From: a virus
Taxonomy: Duplodnaviria > Caudoviricetes
Length of the DNA: 64,000 bases
IMG/VR virus record: IMGVR_UViG_3300001528_000425
Location: 1 to 64,000 of that record
Direction: 5' to 3' (one strand)
This document shows, piece after piece, positions 58,550-64,000 of the stretch. Under the pieces are notes generated by a model, which saw only the letters and a program-made list of their open reading frames with translations, was not told the origin of the DNA and ran no database searches. The number at the start of each line of letters is the position of its first letter. The stretch's first letter is position 1. The position numbers and the translations under genes were made by a program.

Positions 58550-60892
58550 TTATGCGCCACGGATCTCGACCGGAACACCATACAGGACAGAATAAACACC
58601 AGAGTTCTCCTGGAGGAATTCCATCAGCATGGTCCGTCCCACCCATTCATCCGGAGATACAACATACGAGATGTTGAACGGATCTTGGAAGGACAGAACA
58701 TCGATCAGCGTGTTGCCGTCCAACGATTCCTTCTTGTGGATCAAGATCGGAACCGTCATGTTCGTTCCTGTAGACACACTTCGCAGCACGAAATGCGTAG
58801 GAACCGGAGCTTCTGCATCCACAGCCGAGGTTCCAACCTGATACATCGGGGGCTGAGCGGCCGTGTAGAAATTCAACATGAACTTCTCAAGGGTATCAAA
58901 GATACTCTTATCGATGTAGTATTGCTGATTTGCAGCATTATACTTGATCATGGGACGCCGATAGGGTTCGGAGTTACTTCCGAACACCAAAACATCTCCG
59001 ACCTGAGTAGAAATCAACCACGGCTCTTTATTCGCATAATTGGCGTAGTTATTGAGCTGCATGGTGATCGTCTGCTTGAATTCTTCCGTATATCCGTCAG
59101 GTGTAGTCACCATCGTCGAAACCACGAACAGTTGATTCTGTCCGAACTTAGACGATCCTCCGGTGAAACTGTTCAGAACGATCTGAACGGCAGCATCTGG
59201 CAATACCGTACTCGGACGATGGTCCTTGGTGTACGGATAATACTGGAGCTTGTAAGCACCACTGGCGGAATCCCATACGGGAACAGGAGAAAGTTTTACC
59301 AAGTTGTGGTTGACGGCTGGGATGATCTTGACCGTCTTGGTACAGCTGAGCATTCCTTTGTCCGTGCGATTTCGAAGATCTGGGAAGAGGGTTTTGTTCC
59401 TCGCAGGGAAATACTTGAACAAGAGGTTGAACTCCATACCAACATGTTCCGTGAAGATCTCGTCGAATCCGTAGCAGAAGCAACAGATGTCATCGATTGA
59501 AACATACTGGACTGTTCCATCCTCATACACCAGTTTCGGTGTCATGGATAGGGTTTTCGGGTCCTGTCCTCTACGTAAGACCCAATCTTCCGGTTTGGTT
59601 ATCTGACCGTTCAAGTCAACTTCCAATCCAACGATCGCTACTGAGGAAATGTCGTTCTGCTGGATTGTGGTAGCTTCTCTGGCAAGAAGAGTGATCGTCA
59701 TTGTTTCGATGATACGAGGAGTGTTGAGATTGTCCAACATCTCTTCGAATACAATCATGCGGATGGTTTCCCCATCCGTAAGCTGCACATCATCGACAGC
59801 AATGCAATCTTCACCCTTTAAGACTACAGGAGAAGTCAATCCAAGTGAAACCCACATATCCGAATACGGTGCTTCCCACACTTGACGTTCCAGTGTCCTG
59901 TCAGTCAACGTGAAAGCAGTGATATTCAAATCACCTTCCGTAAATGGTACGGCGAATCCCGCTTGCCACATGCTCGCATAACCTGCATCAACCGTTGAGT
60001 TGATAACGCGGACTCCGTTCAGATAAGCCATGATACGATCATCGAATTTGGCAAATCGAATGGTGGTATCCTTGCCGATGTAGTCATCGCCCGGAATAGT
60101 CCAAGTGATATAGGCTGTACCACGGTTGATCCAGATGATGATCTGGTTGACCGTGCGATCGTAATAGACGCCGAAACGTCCGTTACGATCAGCACTGTGG
60201 AAGATCGCCGATGTAGTGGACGATGGTTCCGCGGTATTGATGTTGCTCTTCAAGTTGAACGAGATCGTGCTTTCCCAATCCCTATCACCGATACCCAGAG
60301 CTTGCTCCACAAATACGTTCCAATCCTTACGGATCGAAAACGTTTTCATGATATCTCTGTCCTTAGGATCGATGGGCATGATGGGAATAGCTGTTCCGAT
60401 CGTGTGATCTGTGCTGTTCTGTCTCCGACAGATGACGAATTCGTTGCCATTGGCATCTGTCTTCACCAGTCGATAGTAGGACATCCTGGTTCCGTAGAAC
60501 ACAAGCTTCCGATCGAGCTGCAGATAGATCGTTCCATCTTCTCGGATGTCGTAGAACAACATGTAAGTATCATTCCCGTATCCGACGATTCGATTCGGAG
60601 CATCGTCGTCTGTCATCACGAATTGAGGACGAACGAGATGGGTCTTCTTGCGCTCGTCCACATAATCTACGATCCAGAGTGTGTACAGACCTTCACCGAC
60701 CTTCTCTACCACCACAGATCTGGCTGCAGGGATGATCTTGCCTTTGGCATCCGGATTAAGTCCGTCTGTATCGGGATCGTAGATCTTTTCCATCGCGACA
60801 ACATCCGGAGCCAAGTCACCGAATACGACGAGTTTCTTCAACTCGTCGATATCCGTTGCTTTGAACAAAAGTCCGTTGCTGTTATCACTCAT
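58550..60892 (-). CDS. Large virion structural protein (probable baseplate/tail)
   Basis: About 780 aa beta-rich ORF coupled to 60885-63518; PVPTHF motif; function from context. Confidence 0.55.
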   Translation of the reverse strand: MSDNSNGLLFKATDIDELKKLVVFGDLAPDVVAMEKIYDPDTDGLNPDAKGKIIPAARSVVVEKVGEGLYTLWIVDYVDERKKTHLVRPQFVMTDDDAPNRIVGYGNDTYMLFYDIREDGTIYLQLDRKLVFYGTRMSYYRLVKTDANGNEFVICRRQNSTDHTIGTAIPIMPIDPKDRDIMKTFSIRKDWNVFVEQALGIGDRDWESTISFNLKSNINTAEPSSTTSAIFHSADRNGRFGVYYDRTVNQIIIWINRGTAYITWTIPGDDYIGKDTTIRFAKFDDRIMAYLNGVRVINSTVDAGYASMWQAGFAVPFTEGDLNITAFTLTDRTLERQVWEAPYSDMWVSLGLTSPVVLKGEDCIAVDDVQLTDGETIRMIVFEEMLDNLNTPRIIETMTITLLAREATTIQQNDISSVAIVGLEVDLNGQITKPEDWVLRRGQDPKTLSMTPKLVYEDGTVQYVSIDDICCFCYGFDEIFTEHVGMEFNLLFKYFPARNKTLFPDLRNRTDKGMLSCTKTVKIIPAVNHNLVKLSPVPVWDSASGAYKLQYYPYTKDHRPSTVLPDAAVQIVLNSFTGGSSKFGQNQLFVVSTMVTTPDGYTEEFKQTITMQLNNYANYANKEPWLISTQVGDVLVFGSNSEPYRRPMIKYNAANQQYYIDKSIFDTLEKFMLNFYTAAQPPMYQVGTSAVDAEAPVPTHFVLRSVSTGTNMTVPILIHKKESLDGNTLIDVLSFQDPFNISYVVSPDEWVGRTMLMEFLQENSGVYSVLYGVPVEIRGA

Positions 60893-63518
60893 AGACTGTA
60901 TCCCTATATTGCGCACCGTCTTTCGGTAATGCTGCCTTCATGAGGTGCTCCATGATGAGGTAGATGGATTTGTCGTCCACAGTAGTCCTGTGGAACATCG
61001 GGTAAATGTCCACATAGTCGAGATCGATGTCACCATAAGCAGTATCGTAACGTTTCAGCCAGGTGTATCCGTTAAACTGTTCCATGAAGATTTCGTCGTT
61101 AGGATTATCAGTCGCAACTAACGTCCCCTTCAGGATATCTCGGATGATCGAGTTCGTAAAGATAGAGAAGATCCGATGGGAGAACGGAATAACATCCAAA
61201 CCGCCAACGGGCGGCGTTTTCTCAACGAAGTAATCTCTCAACCGCAGGAGTCGTTCGGTATCGATGTCGTTCCGATATTTGTCCATAGCTGCGATAGCTC
61301 CAGCTGAAACCAGAGTTCTCATCAAATACGGAGAACCGTTACGATGACCAACAGAGCGAACAAAGATCTGTCCGAATACGCTTTCCAGTTGGACGATGGA
61401 TCGTCCATCCACGAACAGCATACTCAAGTTGTCGAACCAGAAAGGAGCCTCACCTGGTGCGGTGACTTCCCCTCCACTCACCCAACCAGTTGCAAGTCCC
61501 CTCATTTCCCCACGAACTCCGTAGATCTCGAGGTGGTTATCGGATTCTTGTAACCAACTGATATCTTGCAACACGATCTCTGTGAAGATCTCATTGTTGC
61601 CGACCTTGTTGACAACAACCTTGTAACCAAGATCCTTCGTCAACGCATGACCGTTGAAATACACGAGATACTCGATCTGTCCTGCAAGATTGATATCGTG
61701 TGGGATATCGACTTTCAGTGGACCACTCGTGATCAGTTCAAAATCTTCGAACGTCACATCAAAGGTTTTATCCACAAGCTTGTACATGCCGTTACCAGCA
61801 GTGATAGCTACCGGATGCGTGTATAACTCGGGACTCAACGTTAACGTCCACAACCCAGTCGTTTCATTCTGAATCAAATCGCCGAATTCAGTTACTCGTT
61901 CAGAGGCATACGTCTGGATCTGATTGCCGTTGATGTCTCTGACGTATCCGCTGTTGGTTTTCTTCCAGACGAAGATGTCGTCTGTAGACAGAGTCATGGT
62001 TGCATTCGCTTCCGTCACCTCATCGATGATGATATCGAACTTGGACGGATTCTCGAACAACTCAATGACGTATTCATCGCCTTTCTCACAGACGATGACT
62101 TCACCATTATCATCAACTACCTGGATATAGGCAGTCAATTCTGAGTTCATCACAATCTGGACATATTTGTCATTCACCTTCAATCCATTGCGATACACGA
62201 TAGCACGCAACGGAGCATCCAGAAACAACAAAGGAACGGAAACGTTCCAACACACACGCTGGTTATACCGATTGATGACAAATCGTTTCGTTCTGTCACA
62301 GATCAGTGCCAATGTGTTGTTATATCCAAGAACGTCGATGTAGTATCCGAGATCCTTAGGTCTGTAGATATCAGGAACATCGTACATCGCTTGTCCGTAC
62401 ACACTATCTTCCAGGTGATCTGCTGTCCAGAACTCGAAGTTAGCAGGTCCTTTTCCTTGGAAGAATTTGATGATAGTATCATCATCGTGCAGGTAGAGCA
62501 AGTCGATATAGTTGATATCTCGCACCACTCGATTGTTCTTGTTGTGAGAACGAATCAGAATGGTAATAGCCAAACCCGTATCACCGAAATATTCTCGGTA
62601 AGTATCGTAAATACGACTATCGATAGCGAAGTCGCTATGAGTTAATTGTTGGTATACCCACTTACGATCGAGTTTATGCATGAACATGCCAAGGTTATTG
62701 GCATTCGTGATATTCTTGGGTCTCACCAGAACATCGCATGTATTCCAGGTTATGAATTCCCCTTCAGGGTTCATTGCCTTGGGAATATGCACGATTGTTT
62801 TAGTGATATTCTCTTCTGTGGACAAGTACGTATGATGCATGTCCGGGTTGTCAAGGTCGATCAGGATCTTCCCCATCACGTTACCGTCACGAATCACCTC
62901 TACATAATCCCCGATCTTCAACTCCGTAGCAGCCGTGGGCTGTGCCCATCGTCCGTTCACAAAGATCGTAGTAGCGTTGGCGAATGATTCAAATGCAGTG
63001 TAACGTTGTGCTCCCGTGGTGATGTGGAAATATTTGGCAGACAGATCTTTGATTAAGTCGCTATCGTAATACTTCGTAACGAACATCTCCTTGAACTTGT
63101 CTGCCGATCCAACACACTTCAGAAGCATGGGACGACTGACAGCGATGAGGAACGAATTCCTCACAGCTCCTTGCCGGATGTATACACCTTCTCTCCAGAG
63201 CCAAATACCACGATAATCATAGATCTGGAAGTCAAGTAAGTGCTTGGCATTCCAATCTGAGAATTTCACCCAATCCGGACAATCGATGTTAAACGATGCG
63301 GTTTGCTCCAATGGCATTGAGTAAACGATAAATGGCTCTGTTGAATTCGGTAACGGGATCACATCGTAACGAGCACGATATGTCCCGGTTACCGCACGAG
63401 ACGTTTGAAGTCTCAGTCGAACGTTGGTTCGAAATTCACGGAAAGGTTCGTTCCAGATGTTCTGGAACAAGTACTGATTCAGAAATCCACAGATGCGTTG
63501 CTCTGTAGAAACACTCAT
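60885..63518 (-). CDS. Large virion structural protein (probable baseplate/tail)
   Basis: 877 aa; NIWNEP, QLTHSDFAI and WTADHLEDSVY recall a conserved phiKZ-like virion protein. Confidence 0.6.
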   Translation of the reverse strand: MSVSTEQRICGFLNQYLFQNIWNEPFREFRTNVRLRLQTSRAVTGTYRARYDVIPLPNSTEPFIVYSMPLEQTASFNIDCPDWVKFSDWNAKHLLDFQIYDYRGIWLWREGVYIRQGAVRNSFLIAVSRPMLLKCVGSADKFKEMFVTKYYDSDLIKDLSAKYFHITTGAQRYTAFESFANATTIFVNGRWAQPTAATELKIGDYVEVIRDGNVMGKILIDLDNPDMHHTYLSTEENITKTIVHIPKAMNPEGEFITWNTCDVLVRPKNITNANNLGMFMHKLDRKWVYQQLTHSDFAIDSRIYDTYREYFGDTGLAITILIRSHNKNNRVVRDINYIDLLYLHDDDTIIKFFQGKGPANFEFWTADHLEDSVYGQAMYDVPDIYRPKDLGYYIDVLGYNNTLALICDRTKRFVINRYNQRVCWNVSVPLLFLDAPLRAIVYRNGLKVNDKYVQIVMNSELTAYIQVVDDNGEVIVCEKGDEYVIELFENPSKFDIIIDEVTEANATMTLSTDDIFVWKKTNSGYVRDINGNQIQTYASERVTEFGDLIQNETTGLWTLTLSPELYTHPVAITAGNGMYKLVDKTFDVTFEDFELITSGPLKVDIPHDINLAGQIEYLVYFNGHALTKDLGYKVVVNKVGNNEIFTEIVLQDISWLQESDNHLEIYGVRGEMRGLATGWVSGGEVTAPGEAPFWFDNLSMLFVDGRSIVQLESVFGQIFVRSVGHRNGSPYLMRTLVSAGAIAAMDKYRNDIDTERLLRLRDYFVEKTPPVGGLDVIPFSHRIFSIFTNSIIRDILKGTLVATDNPNDEIFMEQFNGYTWLKRYDTAYGDIDLDYVDIYPMFHRTTVDDKSIYLIMEHLMKAALPKDGAQYRDTVYE

Positions 63519-64000
63519 TACCTTATCACCTTATTAATAAAGAGGCGGCTGGAAGCAAGATCGGTGCCGAATGCAATGATCTCGCGTTTCATGTCCGAGT
63601 TCTTGATCATATTGGCGAACATGGGATTCTTAGATCCCTGCAAACTGATCAGGATCTGATACACCCAATACGGTGGATAATCCAGAGCGATCAGCATGTT
63701 CTGACTATCACCAGGAGTCCTCGACATCGGAGTATAGATCTTGTCAGCATCGAGGGTCTTCATGCGAGCCGGACCAGCTTCTGCCAACATCTTGCAGCAA
63801 GTAGGAATCGAAAGGGCATCCGTACCGATCTTGTCACGCACTTCATCGAAGATCGCCAGACGATTGTTGATGTCGTTGAAATTCCCAAGGAAAGTACAAC
63901 GATTCAGAAGAGGCGGTACTCTCATCGGCGCATCGGCAGAACCGAGCAGTTGTGCGAAGTAAGCCGCGAACACCGTCTGTACCAACTTGTACTCATCCAG
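63518..64000 (-). CDS. C-terminal part of a conserved phage protein (truncated by window edge)
   Basis: Open frame running off the end; IALDYPPYW. Confidence 0.55.
   Translation of the reverse strand: MDEYKLVQTVFAAYFAQLLGSADAPMRVPPLLNRCTFLGNFNDINNRLAIFDEVRDKIGTDALSIPTCCKMLAEAGPARMKTLDADKIYTPMSRTPGDSQNMLIALDYPPYWVYQILISLQGSKNPMFANMIKNSDMKREIIAFGTDLASSRLFINKVIR

Noticed and set aside
11174-60943. Other long opposite-strand ORFs (e.g. 11174-12250, 23053-23844, 57648-58340, 58526-59500, 60197-60943)
   Set aside because: Fully overlap better-supported genes on the other strand
1-64000. Stop-codon recoding or inteins
   Set aside because: Core genes are intact under the standard code with all three stops in use; terminase, helicase and ligase have normal lengths

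Overview
A 64-kb segment of a phiKZ-like jumbo phage genome (likely Chimalliviridae; inferred from motifs and gene order, no database search was run). Core genes include a UvsX/RecA recombinase, DnaB-like helicase, major capsid protein, NAD-dependent DNA ligase, the exonuclease/motif-A half of a split family-B DNA polymerase, RuvC, SbcC, large terminase, prohead protease, two tail fibres and many virion proteins. These are interspersed with minus-strand arrays of small unknown early genes driven by TATATTAC-type promoters. Main observations: (1) two diverged, covarying copies of an unrecognised 346/421-nt structured element, probably ncRNA (38930-39275 and 48617-49037); (2) a 351-bp segment bounded by a perfect 16-bp inverted repeat (7599-7949) whose inversion fuses three ORF fragments into one 252-aa gene; (3) a 357-nt ORF-less group I intron inside polymerase motif A; (4) an active plus degenerate ClpP-like pair next to the prohead protease, both carrying likely head-protease cleavage motifs. 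No tRNA, rRNA or CRISPR array was seen.
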